A stretch of 39,219 bases of DNA from Smithella sp. (lineage in GTDB: Bacteria > Desulfobacterota > Syntrophia > Syntrophales > Smithellaceae), in the NCBI GenBank assembly GCA_030018675.1, contig JASEHT010000003.1, positions 1 to 39,219 on the forward strand. The letters run 5' to 3'. Position 1 is the first letter of the stretch. Each line of letters opens with the position of its first letter. This document shows positions 28,602 to 38,378 of this stretch, one piece after another. The position numbers and the translations under genes are program-made. The notes beneath the pieces were generated by a model that was not told where the DNA came from, ran no database searches, and was given only the letters and a program-made list of their open reading frames with translations.

Positions 28602-29612
28602 ATGAAGTTGCTTAATTTTCAAACTCCGCATGGAGACGGCCCTTTTTTCGGGGTTGTTGTTAAAGGCCGGGTGGTGTCTTTTGAAGTGCTCATGCATAAA
28701 ACCGGTCAGCCGAGGGTAGAGTTGTCCGATATCTATTCCTATCTCGACAATCTGCCGCTTAGCGAAACCATTGCCCGGGAACTGCTGCAATACGCTGAAG
28801 GGTATATTTCCACATTGACTGATGCTGAAAAAACTCCCCTGGAAAAAGCAAAAATTCTGGCGCCCGTTCCCATTCCAAGAGCGCTGATTGATTTCGGTCT
28901 TTCGCCCCGGCATCTGGGTAATTCAGCGGCGACGCTGGTGAAACATGAATTCGGAATCGTGGGGAAAATTATCGCGCCGTTAATTAAAAAAAGATTAAGC
29001 GCGGCTGCCGGCGGAAAGATGCTTTATTACAAATGTAACCACAATGCAATCATTGGGGATAACGATACGATACAATGGCCGGCCTATTCTTCCTATCTTG
29101 ATATTGAACCGGAACTGGCGGTCGTTACGGGAAACCATAGGGTGCCGATAGCCGGATACACCATATTCAATGATTCATCGGCGCGAGACGTTCAGTTCTG
29201 GGAGATGGTGGGAACGGGACCGGCCAGAAGCAAGGATTTCGCCTGTAGCAAGGGCTTGGGACCGTTTCTTGTTACGCCTGATGAAGTCGGCAATCCGCTG
29301 GACCTGAATGTGAAAGTCAGAATAGGCGGAAGATATGAATGGCAGGGGAGCACATCGGAATATTCCGCTCCACCGGAAAAAATGCTGGAGTATTTGAAGA
29401 CGATCTTTACGCCTTTGCCCGGCTCCGTGATTGGGATGGGAACAATACCTGATTGCACGGGACTGGACAACGATTTATGGATTGTTCCGGGTGAGAAAAT
29501 TGAAATTGCATTTGATAAGTTGGGGATCCTAAGGCAGACGACGCCGGATGTACTGGGTAAAATAGAACCGTCGCGTTGGGGGAACAGAGAAGAATTAAAA
29601 AGATATTATTAA
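28602..29612 (+). CDS. Fumarylacetoacetate hydrolase family protein
   Basis: LDIEPELAVV, GYTIFNDSSARDVQ, SKDF, GPFLVT.DE, PG.VI.MGT. Confidence 0.88.
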   Translation: MKLLNFQTPHGDGPFFGVVVKGRVVSFEVLMHKTGQPRVELSDIYSYLDNLPLSETIARELLQYAEGYISTLTDAEKTPLEKAKILAPVPIPRALIDFGLSPRHLGNSAATLVKHEFGIVGKIIAPLIKKRLSAAAGGKMLYYKCNHNAIIGDNDTIQWPAYSSYLDIEPELAVVTGNHRVPIAGYTIFNDSSARDVQFWEMVGTGPARSKDFACSKGLGPFLVTPDEVGNPLDLNVKVRIGGRYEWQGSTSEYSAPPEKMLEYLKTIFTPLPGSVIGMGTIPDCTGLDNDLWIVPGEKIEIAFDKLGILRQTTPDVLGKIEPSRWGNREELKRYY

Positions 29613-29685
29613 TGATCTCAACCCTATCGATATGTCGAATTGATTCATGGATAACATAGCCCGCCCGCCGAAAGGTCGCAGAACA

Positions 29686-30441
29686 TCACTTCACTTTTAT
29701 AGAATTGATGCAATCTTTCAGGGTCTGTTTTGATTTGAGCATATCTTGTGTTCTGACTTCCAGAGAGATCGTCGATTCGTAACCTTTTTCAAGCAGCGAT
29801 TTCATAATGGCTCTATAATTGACAGAGCCTTGTCCGAGCGGGAGATGCAGATCATCTTTAACGGTAACGCCTCCGTTGTTGTCGTGTGCGTGGATGTGAG
29901 CGATTCTGGAAAAATATTCTTCGATAAAACGAAAAGACGTGTTTCGGCTGGCAAGAAGCTGAGCATGGCCGATGTCGAGTGTCATGCGAAGGTCCGGAAT
30001 AGCATCGAATGCCGGGGCGAAACTATCGGCGCGCTCGCTTAAATTTTCAATGCAAATGGTTATTCCGCAATCGCTGCCATATTCTACAATGCGGGAGAGT
30101 ATTTGCAACTTTCCGCGTATGAGATCCGCAGAAGCCCATCGCTTATCCATCCAAAAATGTAAAGTCGCTTTCTGAATATCCAGTTGCCGGGATAAATTCA
30201 TAAGTGTTTTGATGCGGGGAAGAAACTTAGTGCGGAGAATTTCGACATCAAAAGGATTATCCTCATTCGGAAAATGAGCCAGGAAAAAAATGCCGCAAGT
30301 ATTTTTAATTTCCAGAAGCTGCGGAATCCACAGGGAAACAGTCTCGGGATCATCAAGAGAAATTTCAATAAATGGAAATCCCAACTTGCTGACCTCCAGG
30401 GTTTCCTCCATATTGTGGGATCTTCCGCCAATAAGAATCAT
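29686..30441 (-). CDS. Sugar-phosphate isomerase/epimerase (xylose-isomerase-like TIM barrel)
   Basis: IENL, TLDIGHA, HIHAHDN, DLHLPLG.G, SLEV metal motifs. Confidence 0.85.
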   Translation of the reverse strand: MILIGGRSHNMEETLEVSKLGFPFIEISLDDPETVSLWIPQLLEIKNTCGIFFLAHFPNEDNPFDVEILRTKFLPRIKTLMNLSRQLDIQKATLHFWMDKRWASADLIRGKLQILSRIVEYGSDCGITICIENLSERADSFAPAFDAIPDLRMTLDIGHAQLLASRNTSFRFIEEYFSRIAHIHAHDNNGGVTVKDDLHLPLGQGSVNYRAIMKSLLEKGYESTISLEVRTQDMLKSKQTLKDCINSIKVK

Positions 30442-30474
30442 AAACAGATGTCTCAGCCTCCGCAGGGAACCGGA

Positions 30475-31404
30475 CTAAATCCTGCCTTCTTGTTTTAATC
30501 TTTCCATGATATTTTGCAACTCCGGTATTTTCAAGGTAGCGGCTTTTTCTCCTTCCAATATCGCCTTATTGAATTTATCCATTTCAGTGGAACCGATTTG
30601 CCTCATATTGGGACGTATGACCACATCGGCATTTTTTATCTGGTATTCGGCTATTCTGGCGTACATGATTTGAACGGATTTTTTTAGAGAATCGATGCTG
30701 CCCTCCGGCACCGCTTTGTCAAGACCTCCGGAGATGTCAACGGCAATCACCACATCCGCTCCGTTGCGCCGGGCGACGTCAACCGCTACAGGGCTGACGA
30801 CACCGCCGTCCACATAGGTGTTGTTCCCGATTTTTAAAGGTAGAAAAATTGCCGGAACGGAACAACTGGCGCGAACGGCCATGCCGGTGTTGCCTCTGGC
30901 AAAAACTATTTCTTCGCCTGTGGAAATATTGGTGGCTATCGCAAAGAATGGAATTTTAAGATTTTCCATAGATATGTTTCTTACATGAGCATTGATGAAA
31001 TTTTCCAGTTTGTCACCTTTAATCAGACCGCCGCTCCAGACTTTCCACTCATAATCAATGACGTTATTTTTGTCCATGCTGAGAGCGATTTCCTGGAGTT
31101 CAAATGCCGATTTGCCTGAAGCGAATAAACTGCCGGCAATGCTTCCGGCACTGGTGCCGACAATCATATGTATAGGGATGTTTTGCGCTTCCAAAACCTT
31201 GAGAACGCCGATATGAGCGTATCCTTTCGCACCACCGCCGCCGAGTACGACGGCTATTTTGGCCGGTTTGACCGGAGGCGGAGAAGGCGGACGCGAACGC
31301 ATTACGGAGCATGAACAAAGGGCAAAGATGAGAAGAAGAGTCAGCATTAGCGTAATAAGTTTTACACATTGTCCGGATCGAAAAAATGATTGAATCATAT
31401 TCAT
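30475..31404 (-). CDS. Patatin-like phospholipase (possible lipoprotein)
   Basis: GGGGAKG, GTSAG nucleophile, DGG; hydrophobic N-terminus ending LCSC. Confidence 0.92.
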   Translation of the reverse strand: MNMIQSFFRSGQCVKLITLMLTLLLIFALCSCSVMRSRPPSPPPVKPAKIAVVLGGGGAKGYAHIGVLKVLEAQNIPIHMIVGTSAGSIAGSLFASGKSAFELQEIALSMDKNNVIDYEWKVWSGGLIKGDKLENFINAHVRNISMENLKIPFFAIATNISTGEEIVFARGNTGMAVRASCSVPAIFLPLKIGNNTYVDGGVVSPVAVDVARRNGADVVIAVDISGGLDKAVPEGSIDSLKKSVQIMYARIAEYQIKNADVVIRPNMRQIGSTEMDKFNKAILEGEKAATLKIPELQNIMERLKQEGRI

Positions 31405-31429
31405 TCCTTTTAAGGGATTAATTTGAAAA

Positions 31430-31459
31430 ATCTTATACCCTCTTTTCGCTTCTTGTCAA
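31430..31459 (-). promoter_or_regulatory. Possible sigma70 promoter of the patatin gene
   Basis: Minus strand TTGACA (31459-31454) with TATAAG/TAAGAT 16-18 nt downstream. Confidence 0.45.
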
Positions 31460-31681
31460 CTCGCAGGAAAATAAATAAACAAGCTCATCTTCATGTTTTT
31501 TGCTTGTAATTATTAAAAGACGTGATATAAAAAGCAGCAATATTCATTGTTTATAATCATTCAAAAAACGGTTACTGAATTACGAAGCCGACATATTTCA
31601 TCATGTATTGTTTATAAGAGAGCCTTGTTTCCCTGAAGTCCGCTTTTGTTAAAATTGATCAAGCTTATAGGAGCCTCTGCC

Positions 31682-33847
31682 ATGAATCCTTTTGCTGAAA
31701 AAAGTTACAAGACTGATGAAAAAAAAGACTTCACACCTGAAGAATTCACCAAAGCGAAGAAAGCATCCGAATTTGTCATTGATCTGACGAAGGCAATTTC
31801 AAAAAGCGGTTACTATGATTCCAACCATCCGGTTTCTATGGATGTGAAAAAGGGACTCTATGGCGATTTTAAAAGCGCGCTCGGGGATTCCGCAGAAATT
31901 ATGTTGACCTGTCATGATTATGAAGAAAAAGTTGACATTCATATCAGCGGCATTCTTGATGAGCCGTTTAATATAAGAAAATTGACACAGGCGAATACAT
32001 CGGACTTGTTTGTGCCCAAACTCAAGGATTATTTTGAACGCAAGAGCCTCAACAGTTTTGTCATTAAGAAATCTATTACGCCTGAGCATTTTGAGTCGTT
32101 CATTGATGTTATGAGCGAGCCGATTGCCGATACAACGGATCCTTCGAAACTGGGCGAGTATTTGACAAAAGCTCTGATTGACCTGGATATCACCGAGGTA
32201 TCAGCGGTATTTAAAAATGATATCGTGCTTTCACGAGGAAAACTTCCCTGGCGCGTTTCGATTATATTACGTCGTCTCGCCAAGGACCTTAAGGTTGTTC
32301 CCTTGTTCCGTTCAGCGTCAACTGAAAAAATGAAATTGATAAAAAATCAAATCGTGGAGGACATTATTCGTCCGCTGAATAATAATGATTTGTTCAGGGA
32401 TCTGATTGTTAATTGTGATATTTTGGCCAATCACATTACACATCTTATGGAGAGTGACGAACTGGAAAATCTCGTCATCAATTCTCTGCCGTCGGATGCT
32501 GTCGTGCCCGTTTCTCAGTCAGTTCTGGAGGTCTATATCGCAGGCAAGGATGGAGAAAAATCAGAGGACGAATTATCTGCATTCCAGAAGCGAGAAGAAT
32601 ATTTGTCGAAGGTGCTGAACATAACGGCTCAGAGAATTATCGCTGAGAATATGCCGGATATCACCGGTTTGTTTGAACAATTGTATGAATGTAAGATCGT
32701 GACTTTTGATATGCTGCCCGAAAAACTGCGAATGGATATTCAAAATAAAAAGCTGGCCGCCGAGGTTCTCCTGCAAATAGACACACATATTGAAAGAGCA
32801 ATGAAGGCTCGGGATATTGAAGAAATGGCAGGCATCGCCGAAATATTTAAAAGGGTCATGCCTGATTTAATTAGGCGCCGAGAGTGGCCGGTCATTAAAA
32901 GGATTGCTGAAACCCTGGATGATTATTCGCCGGGCCATCAAACGTTGTCCGGTGAATCCTGGAAGCTTTCGAACTTGCCTGACTACGTTTTAAAGGGAAC
33001 AGAAAATGAGTTCTCCGATCAATATATCAACGCCGATAAGGATTTGAAGAAAGAGATTCATGGTGTTCTGCAGCGCATGCAGGCGACGTGTATTGACGTC
33101 CTCAATGTCATTATCAGCAAATCCAAGGAGCCGGATATTTTGAAGAGTGTCACGGAAATTCTTTTCGAAAAAGGTGAGCTGGCCAGGCAGTGGTCGAAAA
33201 ATATTTTTGATGACCAGAATCAGGCGTTGTCCATGTTGAATATTGCATTGTTGGTTATTGTAAAAGTAGGGCAGGGTGACGATGTCAGTTCAATCAAAAA
33301 ATACGCCAGACATCCCAATGCCAGCATCAGGCTGAAAGCATTGAATGCGATGGCCAGATTAAACGAGAAGGAAGCCGAAGGCGCAGTCATTGAAGCTTTG
33401 AAAGACTCGGAAGAAAAAGTCCGTATTCAGGCCGCCGGCTTGCTGGAAAACGAATTATCTGTTTCCGGCGCATCAGCAAGTAAGCTTCTGTTGTTCATAA
33501 AAGATAGATTAAACAAGAAAAACCTTTCTCCTGCAGATGCTAGTTTTATTTCGGGATTGTTAAAATCATTAGGCAGAATCAAGGAAGATGCCAATAAGGA
33601 TATTCTGGAAAGTGAAATCATAAACATCGCCTCTGATTTGTTAAGAGAAAAAACAGGAATTCTGAAATTTATCAAATCGGAAATCGGCAAGGAACAAATG
33701 GAAATCGCATCTGTCTGTCTGCTCACCTTAGGAAAAACGGGAGGTCCCAAGGCCAGAGAATATCTAAAATTAATGTCGCGAGAAACAGGGGCTTTGTCAA
33801 AGGTTGCCAATGAAGCAATGGCTGCATTGGATAAAAGAAAAGATTAA
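31682..33847 (+). CDS. HEAT-repeat-containing alpha-helical protein
   Basis: HPNASIRLKALNAMARL and ALKDSEEKVRIQAA HEAT-like units; N-terminal L.KAI....YY...HP; AGGAG SD before ATG 31682. Confidence 0.8.
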   Translation: MNPFAEKSYKTDEKKDFTPEEFTKAKKASEFVIDLTKAISKSGYYDSNHPVSMDVKKGLYGDFKSALGDSAEIMLTCHDYEEKVDIHISGILDEPFNIRKLTQANTSDLFVPKLKDYFERKSLNSFVIKKSITPEHFESFIDVMSEPIADTTDPSKLGEYLTKALIDLDITEVSAVFKNDIVLSRGKLPWRVSIILRRLAKDLKVVPLFRSASTEKMKLIKNQIVEDIIRPLNNNDLFRDLIVNCDILANHITHLMESDELENLVINSLPSDAVVPVSQSVLEVYIAGKDGEKSEDELSAFQKREEYLSKVLNITAQRIIAENMPDITGLFEQLYECKIVTFDMLPEKLRMDIQNKKLAAEVLLQIDTHIERAMKARDIEEMAGIAEIFKRVMPDLIRRREWPVIKRIAETLDDYSPGHQTLSGESWKLSNLPDYVLKGTENEFSDQYINADKDLKKEIHGVLQRMQATCIDVLNVIISKSKEPDILKSVTEILFEKGELARQWSKNIFDDQNQALSMLNIALLVIVKVGQGDDVSSIKKYARHPNASIRLKALNAMARLNEKEAEGAVIEALKDSEEKVRIQAAGLLENELSVSGASASKLLLFIKDRLNKKNLSPADASFISGLLKSLGRIKEDANKDILESEIINIASDLLREKTGILKFIKSEIGKEQMEIASVCLLTLGKTGGPKAREYLKLMSRETGALSKVANEAMAALDKRKD

Positions 33848-33871
33848 AAAACATTAATTGCGGTTATCGTA

Positions 33872-36751
33872 TTAATTTTCATGTTTCCCAATATTGGCAG
33901 GAGAGGGTTGATGGGTTCGAAGTAAATTGGCGAATTCGTCAGCATGAACCGGTCTGCTGAAATAAAAACCCTGCATTTCATCGCACACGTGCTCTCTCAA
34001 ATAATTTTCCTGTTCGACGGTTTCCACGCCTTCAGCGACAACGGTCAGGCTTAAGGTTTTGCCCATCGTGATAATTGCCTCGGTGATGGCCTTATCTTCA
34101 GAATCCCGCGGCAGATTGCGGATAAATGATCGGTCCACTTTCAACGTATCAATGGGGAAATGTTTTATTTGGGCAAGAGAAGAATATCCGGTGCCGAAAT
34201 CATCAATAGCAAGCCGTACACCCATGGCTTTGATTTTTGTCAATATGGAGATCAGACGTGATGGATTATGCATCACCATACTTTCAGTGATTTCCAGTTC
34301 CAGAAGATTTGGCGACATACCGGTTTCATTCAGAACCGTTTGAATATCATGAATCAAATTGTCATCCATTAACTGACGAAGTGATAAATTTACCGCCACA
34401 CACACCGCCGGAAGTCCCTTTTTTTGCCATGAAACATTTTGAGCGCAGGCTGTTTTAAGAACCCACCGTCCGATAGGGATGATCAGCCCGGTTTCTTCTG
34501 CGATGGGAATAAACTGCGTGGGCGTCACCGAGCCGAGATATTGATTGTTCCACCGCAGTAAGGCCTCAACGCCCGTGATTTCGTTCGTTTTAAAATCGAG
34601 TCGCGCCTGATAATCGAGAAATAATTCATTGCGTTCAAGCGCCCGGCGGAGGTTTGTTTCAATGGAAAGACGTTCATTCGAATGCGTTTTGATATCCTTG
34701 GAATAAAATTGATAGTTGTTTTTTCCTTCTTCTTTGGCAAAATACATCGCAATATCTGCATTTTTCATCAATGACTGTTCGTCCTGACCGTCGTGAGGAT
34801 AAATACTAATTCCTATACTGGCTGTTACGCGACATTCCTCCCCCATAATGAACATAGGCTGGATCGACGCGGAAAGTATTTTATGCGCGACATGGGCCAC
34901 TTGATCTGCATTGTTGAAATCTTCGATCAGGATGACAAATTCATCGCCACCGAGACGGCCGACAACGTCAACTTCTCTCAGCGTTCTCCGGAATCTTCTG
35001 GCGATTTCCTGAAGAAGCTGATCGCCAGCTTCATGTCCTAAAGAGTCATTGATAATTTTGAAACGGTCGAGATCGATGAAAAAAACCGCCAGTTTTTTAT
35101 TGTTCCGTTTCGAAGAATTAATAGCCTGATTCAATAACTGGTTGAACATCAGACGATTGGGCAGTCCCGTCAGCGTATCGTGGGTGGCCATATAATTGAG
35201 TTCCTGCTCAATTCTCTTACGTTCCGTTATATCCCGGATGACCCCCTTGAATCCCGAAGGACTGCCGGATGAATCTTTCTTTAAGGAAACGGAAGCCTCG
35301 ATGTATCTTTTGGTGCCGTCCCTTCTTATAATTAACCAGTCGAATCCTTCCGTAGGTTGACCGGATTTATAGACATTGTTAAATGCGACGAATACTTTTT
35401 TGGAATTTTCTTTATCGGAGAATATTGTGTGATTTAGGCCGATCAGTTCGTCTTTGGAACATCCGGTCAAACGACAAAGCGATTCGTTGAAGAATGTAAA
35501 ATTCCCCGCCAAATCAACTTCAAAATACGCTTCCTGAATGTTTTCCAGAATGCTTCTATATTTTTCCTCGCTTTGAAGAAGGGCTTCCAACGCCGCCTCT
35601 TTTTGAAATTCGGCCTGTTTCCGTTCCGTAACGTCGTGAGTGAATCCCTGGAAACCAATCGGACTGCCGGAAACATCTCGTTTTAATGATATCGAGGCTT
35701 CCACGAATCTATTTGTTCCGTCTTTTCTATTGATTAACCAATCGAATTCTTTTGCTGACAATCCTGTTTTGTAGACTTCGTTGAAAACGCGGAATACCTG
35801 CTCCGCAGTTTTTTTGTCGGTATATTTACGATAATTTAATCCGAGCATTTCTTCTTTGGAATATCCCAGAAGCAAACAAGTAGATTGATTAAAAAATGTG
35901 AAATTTCCTTCCAGGTTGACCTCAAAAAAGCCTTCCTCGATATTTTCCAGAATGCTTCTGTATTTTTCCTCACTCAGTTGGAGAGCCTCTATAACTTGTC
36001 GTTGTTCGGTTCTGTCGCGAACAATTCCCCGAAAGGCGACTGGCCGGTTATCGGCGTTTTTTATCAGGGATATGGAGGTCTCTAAATTTCTTCTTAATCC
36101 GCTTTTGGTGATTATTTCATATTCAAAATTTTTTACCGGGATGCCTGTTTTGTAGACTTCATGATATCTGGCGTATATTTTATTTGCATTTTCTGTGTCC
36201 ATAATATCGCGGTAGTTCATTCTTAATAATTCAATGTTCCGATATCCATGCATTTTGCCGATCGCGTCGTTGAAAAATACAAAGTTGCCTTTGAGATCAA
36301 GTTCGACATAGCCGTCTTCTATATTTTCTATAATCGCTCTGTACTTTTCTTCACTTTGGCGAAACGCATCTTCTGTAAATTTTCGTTCCGTGATGTCCAT
36401 AAAGCTTCCGAGTGAAGCGCGTTTCCTCTTGTAGATGATAGGTGTAACGGTTTCCAATATCCATCTTACACCATTATTTTTATTAATAATTCTATATTCA
36501 TACGGCTCATAGATTTCTTTATTCAGGAAGCTGATGGCTTGCTTCCTGACCCTATCCCTGTCTTCGGGGTAGACCATTGTGTCAAGAGAGGAGTTCCCTA
36601 GCAGTTCGGCATCGGTGTAACCGGTGATGGATTTGAAAAGATTGCTGATATAAACAAATTTACCGTTTTGAACGATGTATATTCCAACTCCGGCTTTGGA
36701 AATGATTTCTTCGGCTAACGCGGAAATGTTTTTTTGTGAATCGACTTTCAT
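33872..36751 (-). CDS. 4xPAS-GGDEF-EAL diguanylate cyclase/phosphodiesterase
   Basis: Four PAS/PAC units (DITERK...SEEKYR linkers), HDTLTGLPNR, RxxD I-site (REVD) plus GGDEF, EALLRW, DDFGTGYSSL, AEGVE. Confidence 0.95.
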   Translation of the reverse strand: MKVDSQKNISALAEEIISKAGVGIYIVQNGKFVYISNLFKSITGYTDAELLGNSSLDTMVYPEDRDRVRKQAISFLNKEIYEPYEYRIINKNNGVRWILETVTPIIYKRKRASLGSFMDITERKFTEDAFRQSEEKYRAIIENIEDGYVELDLKGNFVFFNDAIGKMHGYRNIELLRMNYRDIMDTENANKIYARYHEVYKTGIPVKNFEYEIITKSGLRRNLETSISLIKNADNRPVAFRGIVRDRTEQRQVIEALQLSEEKYRSILENIEEGFFEVNLEGNFTFFNQSTCLLLGYSKEEMLGLNYRKYTDKKTAEQVFRVFNEVYKTGLSAKEFDWLINRKDGTNRFVEASISLKRDVSGSPIGFQGFTHDVTERKQAEFQKEAALEALLQSEEKYRSILENIQEAYFEVDLAGNFTFFNESLCRLTGCSKDELIGLNHTIFSDKENSKKVFVAFNNVYKSGQPTEGFDWLIIRRDGTKRYIEASVSLKKDSSGSPSGFKGVIRDITERKRIEQELNYMATHDTLTGLPNRLMFNQLLNQAINSSKRNNKKLAVFFIDLDRFKIINDSLGHEAGDQLLQEIARRFRRTLREVDVVGRLGGDEFVILIEDFNNADQVAHVAHKILSASIQPMFIMGEECRVTASIGISIYPHDGQDEQSLMKNADIAMYFAKEEGKNNYQFYSKDIKTHSNERLSIETNLRRALERNELFLDYQARLDFKTNEITGVEALLRWNNQYLGSVTPTQFIPIAEETGLIIPIGRWVLKTACAQNVSWQKKGLPAVCVAVNLSLRQLMDDNLIHDIQTVLNETGMSPNLLELEITESMVMHNPSRLISILTKIKAMGVRLAIDDFGTGYSSLAQIKHFPIDTLKVDRSFIRNLPRDSEDKAITEAIITMGKTLSLTVVAEGVETVEQENYLREHVCDEMQGFYFSRPVHADEFANLLRTHQPSPANIGKHEN

Positions 36752-36872
36752 TGAATATTTTACCCAGTATTTTATTTAGGCGACATTTGAAAACGAAATT
36801 CCTGAATATTGATAATACTTAATTATCAGTGTAAATTGAAAATATCAAAAATATAATCAACATGGAAAAGCT

Positions 36873-37250
36873 TTATTCACGGACCGCGATGGCTTCAATT
36901 TCTATTAAAGCACCTCTCGGTAAAACGCTGGCCTCAATTGTTGAACGCGCGGGAGGATCCTTCGGAAAAAAGCCGGCATAGATTTCATTAACGACAGGGA
37001 AATCTTTTATGTCTTTCAGAAAGATAGTTGTTTTGACGATATTGCTCAAGTCTAGATCGGTTTTCTTCAGGATGGATTGTATATTGATGAGAACCTGTTT
37101 GGTCGCTTGTTTTATATCTTTGATAATTTCGCCGGTTGAGGGATCAATGGGCAGTTGACCGGAAATAAAAATAAAGTCTCTTGCTTCAATCGCTGCAGAG
37201 TAGGGGCCGGCGACGTGCACTGCGGATGTGTTAATAACTTTCTTTTTCAT
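36873..37250 (-). CDS. RidA/YjgF family reactive-intermediate deaminase
   Basis: GPYS.A, ISGQLPIDP, PPARS (catalytic Arg), LP.GALIEIEAIA. Confidence 0.92.
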   Translation of the reverse strand: MKKKVINTSAVHVAGPYSAAIEARDFIFISGQLPIDPSTGEIIKDIKQATKQVLINIQSILKKTDLDLSNIVKTTIFLKDIKDFPVVNEIYAGFFPKDPPARSTIEASVLPRGALIEIEAIAVRE

Positions 37251-37281
37251 TTTCTAATTATCGGATTCAATATTGTCTTGC

Positions 37282-38202
37282 TCATGTTGTTTGAAGCATT
37301 CTATCAATAGATCGCCGGGCTTTTATCAATACATCCTGGGGAAGGGTGATCTCAAATGATAGATTTTCGAGTGACCACAGCACTTTTTCCAGCGTGATTT
37401 TTTTCATATCCGTGCAGACAGCTTTTTCAGATGCAGGGTGGAATATCTTGTCAGGATTCTCTTTTTGTAATCGATGAATAATGCCCAGTTCCGTGCCGAT
37501 AATAAATTCTTTGTCGGGGGAATTTATGATGAATTTGCTCATTCCTTCGGTGGAAGCCACAAGATCCGCACAGGCAGTCACTTCAGGCCTGCATTCGGGG
37601 TGGACAATAACCTTGGCTTGGGGATGAAGGCTTTTTTGCTGCATAATATCCTGCGGTGATATTTCTGCATGTACGGGACAGTATCCTTCCCAGGTGATAA
37701 AATGATGATTCGCCTGATCCGAAACGTATTGAGCCAGATACTTGTCGGGAACAAAAATTATTTTCTTGTGATCCGGGATAATTTTTTGAGCCATCTTTAA
37801 GGCATTGGCAGACGTGCAGCAATAGTCGCACAGTGACTTGACTTCAGCGGATGAATTCACGTAGCACATTGTTACGGCGCCGGGATGCTGGGTCTGCAGA
37901 GATTTGAGCGCTTCGGGGTTGATCATATCTGCCATGGGACATCCGGAGTTGACATCCGGAAGCAATACGGTTTTATCCGGAGATAAGATCTTTGCCGTTT
38001 CAGCCATAAAATGGACTCCGCAAAAGACAATGACCGACGCTTTTGTCCGGGACGCTTCAATGCTTAAACCAAGTGAATCGCCCACAAAATCGGCGATGTC
38101 CTGAATCTCCGGAAGTTGATAATTATGTGCCAGGATGACCGCGTTTTTTTCTGTTTTGAGATGCTTGATTTTACTTCTGATATCATTCATCAATGCATTC
38201 AA
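37282..38202 (-). CDS. nadA: Quinolinate synthase
   Basis: LAHNYQ, GDSLGLS, FCGVHFMAETAK, three Fe-S Cys (GCPMA, YCPVH, VCTDMK), HPEC. Start is 38202 or 38190. Confidence 0.96.
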   Translation of the reverse strand: MNALMNDIRSKIKHLKTEKNAVILAHNYQLPEIQDIADFVGDSLGLSIEASRTKASVIVFCGVHFMAETAKILSPDKTVLLPDVNSGCPMADMINPEALKSLQTQHPGAVTMCYVNSSAEVKSLCDYCCTSANALKMAQKIIPDHKKIIFVPDKYLAQYVSDQANHHFITWEGYCPVHAEISPQDIMQQKSLHPQAKVIVHPECRPEVTACADLVASTEGMSKFIINSPDKEFIIGTELGIIHRLQKENPDKIFHPASEKAVCTDMKKITLEKVLWSLENLSFEITLPQDVLIKARRSIDRMLQTT

Positions 38203-38378
38203 CCATCAATTTATTTAATAAATCAAAGAATATAGCATTTCGTGATAGCGATTAAATCAGAATAAGGTATTTGTCAAGAGATTATGATTCCGGCCGTTGG
38301 GAAAGTGTGCCGTCTGATAATCAACATTCGAGCTGCGAGAACATCATCAGATGGGGGCGCTTTTTTCAAGAGATCAAC

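Noticed and set aside
38209-38223. ATTTATT-T-AATAAAT palindrome upstream of nadA
   Set aside because: Pure A/T sequence in an AT-rich spacer; matches no NAD regulator box I can support.
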